64,000 bases of DNA from NCBI GenBank assembly GCA_964566795.1, contig CAZMIU010000001.1, positions 399,797-463,796 on the forward strand, given 5' to 3'. The DNA is from an uncultured Candidatus Saccharibacteria bacterium. GTDB lineage: Bacteria; Patescibacteriota; Minisyncoccia; Phycocordibacterales; SBAW01. The notes beneath the pieces are model-generated. The model ran no database searches. It worked only from the letters and a program-made list of their open reading frames with translations, and had not been told where the DNA came from. Within the stretch, counting starts at the first letter, position 1. The number at the start of each line of letters is the position of its first letter. The translations under genes were made by a program, and so were the position numbers. Positions 27,431 through 37,223 of the stretch are shown here, piece by piece.

Positions 27431-28402
27431 GTGCGTACATTCAAAGACAAAGAAGAGGCCTTAGCATTTATCACCAATGAAGTGCCATGGGGTGTGGGGG
27501 CTGGTGTCTGCAGGGACAGCAGGCTTGCGCGCAAGTTCGCTCAGGCAGGCATCCCGATAGTCAGCTACGGCTCGATTACGGTGCCCCAGCGTGCAGGAAA
27601 TCCGGGCGACAACTTCTACATGGACAACAACGGCAACTCCATCAACGCATGGGGTATCCCCAACAGGGGCTTTGATGCCCATATGGAAGAACTCCCTGAT
27701 CTGCACGAAGATATCAACCAGTTCGGCTCCGAGCTTTGGGTCAGTGTTTCCGCGGGCGACATGTTCAAGCCTGAGGAATACAAGTACATGGCCCGCGAGC
27801 TGGACAAGAAAGAGGCGGCAGACGTTGTCGAAGGCAACATGTCGTGCGGTAACATGAAGGTCGGCGACGAGTACAAGCCGATTGTCTGCTACGACCTGGG
27901 CCTGTTCGAAGAGGGTGTCGCCGCACTTAAGGAAGGCGCCGGCACACTCAAGACATCTATCAAGCTCACGCCAACAACCGAGAGGCGGTTTCTCATCGCC
28001 AATGTCGAGATCTGCCTCAAGTACGGCATCGACTACATCATCCTCGCCAACACGATACCCAACTCCTATCTCGAGCGACCCGACGGCACACCGGGTATCA
28101 GTATGGTGCGCGGCGGCCTGGGCGGAGCGGCGCTCCGACCCATCGTTACCGGCATGATCCAGATGGTGGCGCCTTTGCTGAGGGGCACCCCCACCAAGGT
28201 CCTCGCTATGGGCGGAGTAAAGAACGGCTCGACCGCGTACAGCTACCTCAAGCACGGTGCACACGGATTTTTGTGCACCAGCTTGCTCTGGGCAAACAAC
28301 TTCGACCCCAGGAGCCTCCAGAATGTCGTCATGCACCCCGGCGACTATATGACAAAAGGCGGTCTGCTCGATTACTTTCTCGAGAAAGGCTACCCCGCCT
28401 GA
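27431..28402 (+). CDS. pyrD: Divergent dihydroorotate dehydrogenase-family flavoprotein
   Basis: GSIT..RAGNP, NAWGIPNRG, EGNMSCGN, IKLTP, LANT, GGLGG, MGGV; GTG start after AGGAGG. Confidence 0.75.
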   Translation: MRTFKDKEEALAFITNEVPWGVGAGVCRDSRLARKFAQAGIPIVSYGSITVPQRAGNPGDNFYMDNNGNSINAWGIPNRGFDAHMEELPDLHEDINQFGSELWVSVSAGDMFKPEEYKYMARELDKKEAADVVEGNMSCGNMKVGDEYKPIVCYDLGLFEEGVAALKEGAGTLKTSIKLTPTTERRFLIANVEICLKYGIDYIILANTIPNSYLERPDGTPGISMVRGGLGGAALRPIVTGMIQMVAPLLRGTPTKVLAMGGVKNGSTAYSYLKHGAHGFLCTSLLWANNFDPRSLQNVVMHPGDYMTKGGLLDYFLEKGYPA

Positions 28403-28409
28403 TCAACCT

Positions 28410-28451
28410 TAAGGCCCGGCACCACGCAAGTGGCGCCGGGCCTTTTCTTTT
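28410..28451 (+). terminator. Intrinsic terminator between pyrD and pyrC
   Basis: AAGGCCCGGC...GCCGGGCCTT followed by a T run. Confidence 0.7.
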
Positions 28452-28496
28452 GGTACTGTGCGCAGCGGACTAGAGATCAACCACAAGGAGCAGGAA

Positions 28497-29639
28497 ATGG
28501 AAGTTCTCGCTACTGACCGCGGCGGCAATGCAACGCATATCCGCATCAAGAAGCCGGCAGACCTGCACCAGCACTTCCGGCAGAAGAACCGCACTAAGGT
28601 CATCGCGCCTATGGTGGCTCAGCGCTTTTGGCTCGGGCTCGCGATGCCCAACCTCAAGCCGCCCATTACCACCGTGGCGCAGATGGACGCCCATGGCCGC
28701 GAGGTGGTCGAGGCGTCGGGCGGCAACCTGCGGGTACTCAAGACGCTGTACCTGACAAGCAACCTCGACTCGTTTGAAGTCGAGCTGGCTTGCCAGGATC
28801 CGGATTTTGCCGGCATCAAATACTATCCAGCGGGCCTTACGACCAATAGCGACGAAGGAGTCGCAGACCCCACCGAGTTGTGGATCAAGGGCTCTAAGCC
28901 GTACGACTGTCTCAAGGTACTCGCAGAGCATCGCAAAGTACTCCTTCTGCACGGAGCGGACGGCTACGCGCGCAAGCATGTCAAAGTCCGCACTCGCACC
29001 TACCGCCCGGGCGATGAGCTCGACGCGTACGATCAGGAACCGCACTTCATCAAGCACTCGCTGCCCAATATCAGGGACCAGCACGACAAACTCAAGATCT
29101 CCTTCGAGCACATGTCTACTGCCGAGGGCGTGGAGTTTCTTGAGAAGCACGGCGGCAAGCTGCTTGGCTGCGGGCTTACCCCGCAGCACATGCTTACCGA
29201 CCGGCGCGACACGCACCGCAAGGGGCTGCGGCCTCATAACTTCTGGTTCCCTGCCCCGCAACCGCTGGAACATCGTCAAGAGCTCAACAGCTTTGCCGGC
29301 CGGGGCTACTTCTATTGCTGGCTGGCGAGCGACTCTGCGATGCACTTGCGCAAGGACAAGGAGTCGATGTGCTGCTCGGGCGGTGTTATTACCGCTCATG
29401 CGGGTATCGAGCTGTATGTCGAGGCATTCGAGAACATCGGCGCGCTCAATAACCTCGAGGCGTTCGCTTCTATCAACGGTCCGCGCTTCTACGGCCTTGA
29501 GCATAGCTCGGATACCATCGAGCTGGTCAAGCAGCCATGGAAGGTCAGTAACTTCCTCTGTATCGAGGAGGACGGATCGTTTGAGCCGGTAGTTCCCTTC
29601 CGGCTCGGCGAGGAGATCAGGTGGAAACTCGCCACGTAA
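28497..29639 (+). CDS. pyrC: Dihydroorotase, homodimeric (E. coli-like) type, divergent
   Basis: DLHQHFR, AMPNLKPP, KYYPAGLTTNS, LLHG, FEHMST, TPQH, SDSAMH, ASINGPRFYGL. Confidence 0.85.
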   Translation: MEVLATDRGGNATHIRIKKPADLHQHFRQKNRTKVIAPMVAQRFWLGLAMPNLKPPITTVAQMDAHGREVVEASGGNLRVLKTLYLTSNLDSFEVELACQDPDFAGIKYYPAGLTTNSDEGVADPTELWIKGSKPYDCLKVLAEHRKVLLLHGADGYARKHVKVRTRTYRPGDELDAYDQEPHFIKHSLPNIRDQHDKLKISFEHMSTAEGVEFLEKHGGKLLGCGLTPQHMLTDRRDTHRKGLRPHNFWFPAPQPLEHRQELNSFAGRGYFYCWLASDSAMHLRKDKESMCCSGGVITAHAGIELYVEAFENIGALNNLEAFASINGPRFYGLEHSSDTIELVKQPWKVSNFLCIEEDGSFEPVVPFRLGEEIRWKLAT

Positions 29640-29645
29640 CGACAA

Positions 29646-29684
29646 AGCCCCGCCCGGGAAACCGGGCGGGGCTCTTCTTTTTTT
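29646..29684. terminator. Terminator between convergent pyrC and ftsH
   Basis: AGCCCCGCCCGG-GAAA-CCGGGCGGGGCT followed by a T run. Confidence 0.75.
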
Positions 29685-29686
29685 AT

Positions 29687-31630
29687 TTATATGAGCGGTT
29701 GGTGCTCGATGTCTTTTTTCTTCTTGGGGGTAATGCCGCCAGCAATAAGGAGCTTTTCAAACTCCTCGCGCTCAATAGTCTCCTTCTCTACCAGCTCGTT
29801 GGCAATAGTGTTGAGCAGCGTGCGGTGGTCGGTAATAATCTTAAGAGCCTTGTCGTACGCCTCGTCAATTATCTTTTTTACCTCGGCGTCTATCTCAGCC
29901 GACACCTTCTCGCTATACTCCTTGCCGTCTACGCCCGAGCCAAACAGTGCACGGCCGCCCTCGCCCTCAAGCGCTATCGTACCCATCTTGTCCGACATAC
30001 CGTAGCGGGTCACCATGTCGCGTGCCAAGGCAGTTAAGACCTGCAGGTCGTTAGAGGGGCCGGTGGTCACGTCATCAAAGACCTCCTTCTCGGCAATGTA
30101 GCCGCCCAGCGACATCGCGATGTCGTCCAAAAACTCCTTCTTGCTCTGCATCTTTTTGTCCTCAAACGGGAGCTTGAGCGTGTAGCCCGCAGCGCGGCCA
30201 CGGCTAATGATAGAGATTTTATGCACGGGGTCTGCGTACGGCAGTACAGAGGCTACAAGCGCGTGGCCTGCCTCGTGGTAGGCGGTGATCTCCTTCTCTT
30301 TCTTATTGAGCACATGCGACTTTCGCTCAGGGCCGAGCATCACCTTCTCTATACTGCGGATGAGGTCGTACTGCGCAATGGTTTTGCGACCCTCGCGTGC
30401 GGCGAGTATTGCACCCTCGTTCATAAGGCTAAATAGGTCGGCACCGCTAAAGCCCGGGGTGCGCTCTGCAATAACCTCAAGGTTAATATCCTCGGCCAAA
30501 GGCTTTTTGCGTGCATGCACGCCAAGGATAGCCAGGCGGTCGTTGCGGTCGGGCAAGTCGATAGTCACGCGGCGGTCAAAGCGGCCAGGGCGCAAGAGTG
30601 CCGGGTCCAAAACATCGGGGCGGTTGGTTGCGGCCATCACAATCACCTTCTCATTAGGCTCAAAGCCATCCATCTCCACCAGTATCTGGTTGAGTGTCTG
30701 CTCGCGCTCGTCGTTGCCGCCGCCCACACCGGTACCGCGCACGCGGCCCACAGCGTCGATCTCATCGACGAATATGATGGCCGGTGCTGCGCGCTTGGCT
30801 GTCATAAAGAGGTCGCGCACGCGCGATGCACCCACACCCACAAACATCTCCACAAACTCCGAGCCGGAGATAGACATAAACGGCACGCCAGCCTCGCCCG
30901 CCACAGCGCGTGCCAAAAGCGTTTTGCCGGTGCCCGGTGCACCCATCATGAGTATGCCCTTGGGGATGCGTGCGCCAATGTCCAGGAACTTTTTAGGGTT
31001 CTTCAAAAAGTCGACAACCTCGAGCAACTCCTCCTTGGCTTCCTTGGCGCCTGCCACGTCTTTAAAGGTGATGCGTGTCTCGTGGTCGTTTGGATCTTGG
31101 ATGCGCGGCTTGGACTGTCCAAAGCTAAACGCCTGCATGCCCGCACCCTTAACCTGGCGCGAGAGGTACCAGACAAAGAACGCGATCAAGAGGAGCGGCG
31201 CCAAAAACGGCGCGAGTGCCGCAAGCCAAAACTGGGCCGCATTGTCCTTGGCGATAGTAATGCTGACACGCTCAAACGCCTCCTTGGGCACGCCATAGTT
31301 TGAGAGCGTGTCGGTGAGCGCTGCGTCGGGCTCTTTTTTTGACTCTTTCTTGGTGTCGTCTATATAGGTGATCGCAAGGTCGTCCCCGTCGACAGACACC
31401 TCCTTAACCACACCCTTGTTAATGTCTTGGGCCAACTGCGAGACTGCTATCTGCTCGGGCTTGTCCGCAGACTCGCCTGCAAAGTAGCTGTAGGCCCCCG
31501 CAAGCGCAAGCAAAAGGAGCACCGATACGGCCAGGTTAATCCAAAAAGAGTCTCCCTGGGGGAGCTGAGGCATAGGAGAACCGCGACGAGGCTTCTTGCC
31601 GCCAGGGGCGTTCTTTTGTGGGTCAGACAT
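29687..31630 (-). CDS. ftsH: ATP-dependent zinc metalloprotease FtsH
   Basis: Two TMs, [29 protein letters not shown]. Confidence 0.97.
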   Translation of the reverse strand: MSDPQKNAPGGKKPRRGSPMPQLPQGDSFWINLAVSVLLLLALAGAYSYFAGESADKPEQIAVSQLAQDINKGVVKEVSVDGDDLAITYIDDTKKESKKEPDAALTDTLSNYGVPKEAFERVSITIAKDNAAQFWLAALAPFLAPLLLIAFFVWYLSRQVKGAGMQAFSFGQSKPRIQDPNDHETRITFKDVAGAKEAKEELLEVVDFLKNPKKFLDIGARIPKGILMMGAPGTGKTLLARAVAGEAGVPFMSISGSEFVEMFVGVGASRVRDLFMTAKRAAPAIIFVDEIDAVGRVRGTGVGGGNDEREQTLNQILVEMDGFEPNEKVIVMAATNRPDVLDPALLRPGRFDRRVTIDLPDRNDRLAILGVHARKKPLAEDINLEVIAERTPGFSGADLFSLMNEGAILAAREGRKTIAQYDLIRSIEKVMLGPERKSHVLNKKEKEITAYHEAGHALVASVLPYADPVHKISIISRGRAAGYTLKLPFEDKKMQSKKEFLDDIAMSLGGYIAEKEVFDDVTTGPSNDLQVLTALARDMVTRYGMSDKMGTIALEGEGGRALFGSGVDGKEYSEKVSAEIDAEVKKIIDEAYDKALKIITDHRTLLNTIANELVEKETIEREEFEKLLIAGGITPKKKKDIEHQPLI

Positions 31631-31685
31631 GAGAGTCGCATAATACCATTTGGAGCTATTTTCGTAAATGCGCTACAGTAGAGCC

Positions 31686-32132
31686 ATGGCGCTGATTGAG
31701 CACAAGAAAGCGAGGTTGAACTACGAGGTACTCGAGGAGTTCGAGGCGGGTTTGGAATTGCTTGGGCTCGAGGTTAAAAGCCTGAGGGCCGGCCAGGGAA
31801 AGCTCGAGGGTAGCCATGTGATCGTGCGTGGCGGCGAGGCCTATGTGGTGGGCATGCATATACCCCCCTACCAACCCCTCAACACCGACAAAGACTACGA
31901 TCCCGACCGCTCCCGCAAACTCCTTTTGTCTAAGAAAGAAATAGCCTCGCTGAGCGCCCAAGACTCTCAAAAAGGCTTGACAATAGTGCCTCTAAAGGTG
32001 TATAATAAAGGCAAGGTATTAAAAGTCTCCATAGCAATAGCGCGGGGCCGTAAGGCACATGACAAGCGCGCCGTCTTAAAGGAGAGGGATACCAAACGAG
32101 AGATAGAGAGGACCTTGAAAAATAAATACTAG
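31686..32132 (+). CDS. smpB: SsrA-binding protein SmpB
   Basis: EAGLELLGLEVKSLR, RSRKLLL, GLTIVPL, ARGRKAHDKR. Confidence 0.95.
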   Translation: MALIEHKKARLNYEVLEEFEAGLELLGLEVKSLRAGQGKLEGSHVIVRGGEAYVVGMHIPPYQPLNTDKDYDPDRSRKLLLSKKEIASLSAQDSQKGLTIVPLKVYNKGKVLKVSIAIARGRKAHDKRAVLKERDTKREIERTLKNKY

Positions 32133-32179
32133 GAGTCTGAAATTTTCGAAAAGCGCGGGGTTAGCGTCGTGCGCTTCTC

Positions 32180-32551
32180 GGGGATGACAGGCTTAGACAC
32201 TGCAACCACTCCTTATAACGCCGGCAGAACTGGGGTACTTCTTAAAACTGCTCCAAAACTCTAACTGGCAAATCAGTTGCATCGCCGTTTTTCTCGGCGA
32301 ATGATTTCGCGTTCGCCTACGCTAAGGCCTAACGTGTCGCTTCCCTTTCAAACCCTGTGAGGGAGGAATAAGCGTCATATCATCAGGGTGCTTCCCAACG
32401 GGCGTCCGCCGTCGGGGCTAAGACAAGGACTTTGCTTATCCGCGCTTTTGTTTGTTTTTGATTCGGATAAGTGAGCATCTAAGACAAACTACGTTCGGTA
32501 GACCTTGTAAGGAATTTGCATTGCACGTGGGTTCAACTCCCACCATCTCCA
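32180..32551 (+). ncRNA. ssrA: tmRNA; predicted tag (A)GKSVASPFFSANDFAFAYAKA* at 32267-32332
   Basis: 5' GGGGATG pairs with 3' CATCTCC (G3:U70); T arm GTGGGTTCAACTCCCAC; TAACT before the resume codon; directly downstream of smpB. Confidence 0.92.
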
Positions 32552-32602
32552 CAAAGTAAAACGCCGGCCCGATATGGGCCGGCGTTTTTAGTTGCTTAAT
32601 TG

Positions 32603-32779
32603 TTATTGACCGCCGCCGCCTGCAGGGAGCGAGACGTCTACACTCGCGCCCGGTGCAGCTGCGCCGCCCCCACCCCGTCCAAACAGGAAGAAGGCTCCCA
32701 CAACCACTACTGCAAGCACAATGATTACTGCCACCCAACCTGCAGAACCGCCACTGTCGCTGTTAACTACAGTTGCCAT
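32603..32779 (-). CDS. Small Gly-rich single-TM protein (58 aa), paralog of 35532-35774
   Basis: Manual translation MATVVNSDSGGSAGWVAVIIVLAVVVVGAFFLFGRGGGGAAAPGASVDVSLPAGGGGQ*. Confidence 0.78.
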   Translation of the reverse strand: MATVVNSDSGGSAGWVAVIIVLAVVVVGAFFLFGRGGGGAAAPGASVDVSLPAGGGGQ

Positions 32780-32937
32780 AAAATCTTTAAGGTATTACGT
32801 ATCTATGTAATACGACCTTCTTTAACTAAACTAGTGTGGGCTGAATCGAATATGAATCCCTCAGACACACACCTTCACCCAATCTTTTGAGCGGACACCT
32901 ATACTCACAAGCGCAACTACTAGTAACCAACAAACAT

Positions 32938-33174
32938 ATGGACAGCTACGCAAAAAACTACATGGACTGGTGGCAGGGCGTATTAAAGGAGGAGTCGGCC
33001 AAGCTCGACAAGCTGGAGGCGCAGGAGCGCATGGAGCGCAACAAGGCACTCGAGGACTTTAACACCGAGGCCTCCGCAGCCAAGGACTGGCTTGAGGCAG
33101 ACTGGGAGCAGTTTAAAGGCCGCGTGCAGCAGTGGAGCAACTCTGCAGCCATGAGCGCACAGGATTCCGATTAA
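32938..33174 (+). CDS. Small helical protein with CsbD-like WEQFKGRVQQW motif
   Basis: ATG after an A/C-rich leader; charged coiled sequence. Confidence 0.65.
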   Translation: MDSYAKNYMDWWQGVLKEESAKLDKLEAQERMERNKALEDFNTEASAAKDWLEADWEQFKGRVQQWSNSAAMSAQDSD

Positions 33175-33185
33175 TTACACCTCCA

Positions 33186-33647
33186 CTAGCGCCCCTCTCT
33201 CTTTATAGAGGCGGGGCGCTTTTGCTTTGCGAATGTCTTTACGTACTCGTGGTAGAGCTCGTAGTTGGCGGTCAATTCCTCGCCCTTTTTGATGTCGCGG
33301 GCGGCCACGAACGTCTCGCCATTGTCGAGCGTCTCCATGTTGGGGCTGGTGGAGTGGTTTAAAAAGTACGACTTGTCTATCGCGTCTATGCCGTACGTTG
33401 GCACAAAGTACACACCGTCCTGGAGCGCGCAAAAGTCGCGCACCATCTGCTTGGCCTCGCGGGGCGCCTTGCTTGCATCGAGCTCTTTTGCAGGTAACTT
33501 CATCACATCGCCAAACGGGTCGCAGTTTTTAAACGGGTCTATGCCCTTGGGTATGTCGCGTATAGCCACCACCCCTACCCCGTGCCGGGTTGCGGCCAAC
33601 CTGCACCACACGTCATGTAGCGACTCTAAAAACTTCTTTTTGTTCAC
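33186..33647 (-). CDS. SET-domain protein
   Basis: HGVGVVAIRDIPKG, YFLNHSTSPN, RDIKKGEELTANY; GTG start is an estimate. Confidence 0.85.
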   Translation of the reverse strand: MNKKKFLESLHDVWCRLAATRHGVGVVAIRDIPKGIDPFKNCDPFGDVMKLPAKELDASKAPREAKQMVRDFCALQDGVYFVPTYGIDAIDKSYFLNHSTSPNMETLDNGETFVAARDIKKGEELTANYELYHEYVKTFAKQKRPASIKREGR

Positions 33648-33726
33648 CCCAAGAGTATCGCACGTCAAAACCCCCAAGAAAACTGTATTACTATAGACCG
33701 CAGTCAGTTCACCTAGGGAGGCTACT

Positions 33727-34125
33727 ATGGAGCTGTCAGCCAAGCTGGTACCGTTCTACATACTACTGCTCGTTATCTGGCACATGGCGCGGTCAGTGCT
33801 CGACGCGAGGCGCTTTGCTTCAACGGGCGACACGTACCACATTACCCACCACAGGGGTGAGATGCAGTGGGCCATGGTCTGGCTTGCCATGACCGTGTTT
33901 GCAATCACGCTGATGCGCCGCACAGGCACAGAGCAGAGCGCCTATCAGAGCTTGTTTTGGCTGCACTTGCCGCTTGTGCTCGCGGCGGTCGGCATCTTTG
34001 TGGCGATATTTGCCCGCTTTGACGGTCTAACGACTCCGCGTGTGCACTCCAAACTGGGCTACACCAGCATCACCTGCCTTGCATTGGGCGCCCTACTCGG
34101 GCTCTATATGACGGTGCACATGTAG
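33727..34125 (+). CDS. Hypothetical 4-TM membrane protein with intramembrane His residues
   Basis: GGAGG 5 nt before ATG; four hydrophobic segments; FWLHL and VHSKLGY. Confidence 0.65.
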   Translation: MELSAKLVPFYILLLVIWHMARSVLDARRFASTGDTYHITHHRGEMQWAMVWLAMTVFAITLMRRTGTEQSAYQSLFWLHLPLVLAAVGIFVAIFARFDGLTTPRVHSKLGYTSITCLALGALLGLYMTVHM

Positions 34126-34164
34126 CACCAATCCCCGGCGCGCACGCGCGCCGGGGGTTCTTTA

Positions 34165-35424
34165 TTACATGGCCGGCTCTTTGAGGGAGATTTTGTAGAT
34201 GGCACCGGCGCGGTCGTCGCTTATGTAGGCTGTGCCGCCTGGCTCGGCGAGTATGCCCACGGGGCGGCCTATTGCGTCGCCCGTGTCTTTACTGCCCTCG
34301 GGCAAAAAGCCTGTCACAAAGTCTGTGGTGAATTGGTCTTGCCGCAGTGTGCCGTATTCATCCATGTAATCGATGCGCACTACCTTGTAGCCCGTGGGCA
34401 CGCTCCTGTTCCACGAGCCGTGGTAGGCCACAAGCGCGTCGTGCCAATACTCCTCGGGCCAGCCCTCTTCCGGGACAAACGCCAAGCCAAGCGCGGCCGA
34501 ATGCGCCGGAATATCGACCTGCGAGGCAACCTTGTCGTTGCAGGGGTTCTGGATGTACTGTTTTTTGTCAAAGTCGGTGTCGTGCGTGCCCCGGCCGTAG
34601 CAGATGGGCCAGCCGTAGTCACCGCCCTCTTTAATAATGTTTATCTCGTCGGGCGGGATATCATCGCCCAGAAGATCGCGGCTGTTCTCGGTCGCCCACA
34701 AGTCTCCAGTGACCGGGTGCAAAGCCATAAACACCGAGTTCCTGAGCCCCTTGGCGTACTCGGTCATCTTGCCTGTCGCCAAGTCAACCTGTTGGATTGT
34801 CGCACGCAGCGGGCTCTCCTCGTCGCAAGCGTTGCACGAGGAGCCTATCGAGACCCACAAAGCTTTTTGGTCTGGGGTTGGCAGGAGTGTGCGGGTAAAG
34901 TGCCCCGAGCCTGTCGGGAATGTTGCGAGAGTTTTTTGGTACACAGCCTTGTAGGTGTCGGCGTCATATGAGTACGCCTTAAGCGCGCCTGTCTCGGCGA
35001 CATACAACACACACGCGTCCTGGTCGGCACTGGTGTTGCCGGTAGAGGGGCATATTACCGCCAAGCCATGCGGCTGCTTAAGCCCCGAGAGCACTTCTAT
35101 AACTTGGTCGGCCTGGCCGTCGCTGTTGAGGTCTGGCAACACCGACACAAGTCCCTTGCTTGTCTGCGAGACTAGCATCGCGCCTTTGGGGTCGCGTATC
35201 ATGACGCGCGCACCATCAACACCGCGCGCAAATATCGTAATAGTAAACTCGTCGGGCACGGTTAAAGGAGCCTCCGGGCCGGCAGGCAGGGGTGGCGCCG
35301 GCTCTTGTGTTGTGAGCAGTTTTATAAGCCAGGAGGGCGGCGTAAACTTGGCGTACTGGTATAACGCCAATCCACCCGCAAGCAGCGCCACTGCCACAAC
35401 CACTCCTGCCGCTGTTCTAGACAT
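34165..35424 (-). CDS. PQQ-dependent sugar/sorbosone dehydrogenase family beta-propeller
   Basis: HFTRT, SIGSSCNAC, GLRNS, PPDEIN, DYGWP, HSAALG, HGSWNRS, GRPVG, SDD. Confidence 0.88.
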   Translation of the reverse strand: MSRTAAGVVVAVALLAGGLALYQYAKFTPPSWLIKLLTTQEPAPPLPAGPEAPLTVPDEFTITIFARGVDGARVMIRDPKGAMLVSQTSKGLVSVLPDLNSDGQADQVIEVLSGLKQPHGLAVICPSTGNTSADQDACVLYVAETGALKAYSYDADTYKAVYQKTLATFPTGSGHFTRTLLPTPDQKALWVSIGSSCNACDEESPLRATIQQVDLATGKMTEYAKGLRNSVFMALHPVTGDLWATENSRDLLGDDIPPDEINIIKEGGDYGWPICYGRGTHDTDFDKKQYIQNPCNDKVASQVDIPAHSAALGLAFVPEEGWPEEYWHDALVAYHGSWNRSVPTGYKVVRIDYMDEYGTLRQDQFTTDFVTGFLPEGSKDTGDAIGRPVGILAEPGGTAYISDDRAGAIYKISLKEPAM

Positions 35425-35531
35425 AGCATCAGTATACCCGGCTCTTGCCTATAGAAAATGAACTGTCTGTCGTAACCAAAACATCCGGCCACTGAAGGCC
35501 GGATGAACTGGTACTCGTGTGTTGTGTAGGC

Positions 35532-35774
35532 CTATTGTGCCGGAGCCGCGCCGCCGCCGCCTGTATCACCGCCACCGCCGCCCGAGCCCCCTGAGTTTGT
35601 GCCTGTCGGGAGATTAACCTGAACCGTGGCACCCGGGCTTTGTGCCGGTGCGCCGCGCGCACGCACATACCAAAACGCTATGCCCGCGATAACAACCAAA
35701 AGTATGATAACGGCGACAGCCCACCCTGCTGATGAGTCGCCGCGCTCGCCCGGAGAGTTAACAATAGTTGCCAT
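35532..35774 (-). CDS. Small Gly-rich single-TM protein (80 aa)
   Basis: MATIVNS...SAGWAVAVII...PGATVQVNLP; paralog at 32603-32779. Confidence 0.78.
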   Translation of the reverse strand: MATIVNSPGERGDSSAGWAVAVIILLVVIAGIAFWYVRARGAPAQSPGATVQVNLPTGTNSGGSGGGGGDTGGGGAAPAQ

Positions 35775-35878
35775 AAAGTAAAAATATTAATAACAGCATC
35801 AACACTAGCCTGTGTAGCCTGAATGGCGCATGAAGGACTTAGGTGTATAGTGGTGGAGGTCATATAAGGGAGGAGACC

Positions 35879-36013
35879 TTGTCCACGCACTTTTATCTCG
35901 GAGAGTCCAAGAGGACCCCGGTCCCGCTCGAGCGCAAGATCCACGCCCAGCTGATGTTCTTCTGTGCCCTGGGCTTACTCTTTTTCGTAGCGCTCACACG
36001 ATCCCAGATTTAG
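35879..36013 (+). CDS. Putative 44 aa small membrane protein
   Basis: GGGAGGAG upstream of TTG; MSTHFYLGESKRTPVPLERKIHAQLMFFCALGLLFFVALTRSQI*; terminator-like hairpin at 36032-36070. Confidence 0.45.
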   Translation: MSTHFYLGESKRTPVPLERKIHAQLMFFCALGLLFFVALTRSQI

Positions 36014-36099
36014 GGCCCCCATGCCCACCCCGCCCTGGCCCCTATTTCTAGGGGGCCGGGGCTTTTATTTTAGCCGCCGCGTGGTATAGTAGGGCCAAC

Positions 36100-36615
36100 T
36101 TGGACAGCACCCGCGTTAACCATCAAATAAAGGCAAAGGAGGTCCGTGTCGTAGGCGCTGAGGGTGAAAACCTGGGTGTTTTGCCCCTGTCGGAGGCTAT
36201 TGCCCGGGCAGAGGAGGTTGGGCTGGACCTTATAGAAATCTCCCCCAACGCCGTGCCTCCTGTTGCGAAAATCATGGAATATGGTAAATTCCAGTACGAG
36301 CAGCAGAAGAAGCGCAAGGACGCAAAAGCCAAGGCCCATACCACTGAAACCAAGTCGGTACAGGTCAAAATAGGCACCGGCGACCATGACATGCAGCTTA
36401 AGGCCAAGAAAGCCGCCGAGTGGCTCCAGGAGGGCCACCGGGTCAAGGTAGACCTGTTTTTGTGGGGGCGCTACAAATACATGGAGTTCAACTTCCTCAA
36501 GGAGAGGCTTGAGAGGTTTTTAAATCTGATCCCTGCCGACTATAAGCTGGCAGACCCAATACAGAAGAGCCCCAAAGGTCTTGCAACAGTACTCGAGAGA
36601 GCAAAGAAACAATAA
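36100..36615 (+). CDS. infC: Translation initiation factor IF-3
   Basis: RVNHQIKAKEVRVV, GLDLIEISPNAVPPVAKIMEYGKFQYE; TTG start. Confidence 0.95.
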   Translation: MDSTRVNHQIKAKEVRVVGAEGENLGVLPLSEAIARAEEVGLDLIEISPNAVPPVAKIMEYGKFQYEQQKKRKDAKAKAHTTETKSVQVKIGTGDHDMQLKAKKAAEWLQEGHRVKVDLFLWGRYKYMEFNFLKERLERFLNLIPADYKLADPIQKSPKGLATVLERAKKQ

Positions 36616-36620
36616 AACGT

Positions 36621-36812
36621 ATGAAAACCAACAAGTCTTTTTCTAAGCGCATCAAAGTCACTCGTCGTGGCAAGCTTGTTGCGCGCAAGCCGGGTAAAAA
36701 CCACTTTAACGCCAAGGAGGGCCGCTCGACCCAGATGAACAACAACCGCACCCAGAACCTGACCCTCACCCCCAAGGTTTTGCAGCGCTACATCGGCAAC
36801 CCTGTTAAGTAA
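36621..36812 (+). CDS. rpmI: 50S ribosomal protein L35
   Basis: MKTNKSFSKRIKVTRRGK; infC-rpmI-rplT order. Confidence 0.9.
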   Translation: MKTNKSFSKRIKVTRRGKLVARKPGKNHFNAKEGRSTQMNNNRTQNLTLTPKVLQRYIGNPVK

Positions 36813-36836
36813 TAAGGCAACTAATTTTTTAATTGT

Positions 36837-37187
36837 ATGGCACGCGTAAAGGGAGGAACAACGAGCAATAAGCGCCGCAAGGGTATCCTTAGCATGACCA
36901 AAGGCTACCGCTTTGGCCGCTCTACCAAAAAGAAGCAGGCAAAGGAGGCAATCTTCCACGCAGGCAAGTATGCGTTTAACCACCGCCGCGACAAAAAGGG
37001 CGACTTTAGGCGCCTCTTTACTGTCCGCATCAACGGCGCGCTCGACGCCATGGGCTCTGATGTGAGCTACAGCCGCCTTGTGGGCGCCATGAACAAGAAG
37101 GGTATCCTTCTTAACCGCAAAGTACTCTCGGAGATGGCAGCCAAATCTCCCGAGGCATTTGCCCGCGTTGTTAAGCAGATAGCATAA
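36837..37187 (+). CDS. rplT: 50S ribosomal protein L20
   Basis: MARVKGG, KGYRFGRS, RRDKKGDFRRL, LNRKVLSEMA. Confidence 0.96.
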   Translation: MARVKGGTTSNKRRKGILSMTKGYRFGRSTKKKQAKEAIFHAGKYAFNHRRDKKGDFRRLFTVRINGALDAMGSDVSYSRLVGAMNKKGILLNRKVLSEMAAKSPEAFARVVKQIA

Positions 37188-37188
37188 G

Positions 37189-37221
37189 GAAAACCCCCGG
37201 ACTTTCATCCGGGGGTTTTTC
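37189..37221. terminator. Bidirectional terminator
   Basis: GAAAACCCCCGGA...TCCGGGGGTTTTC between convergent genes. Confidence 0.75.
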
Positions 37222-37223
37222 GT

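Noticed and set aside
28400-28402. Possible UGA-to-Gly recoding (code 25) as in some CPR lineages
   Set aside because: TGA ends genes at expected positions (pyrD before a terminator; ATGA overlap at 10773-10776) and conserved genes have no internal TGA.
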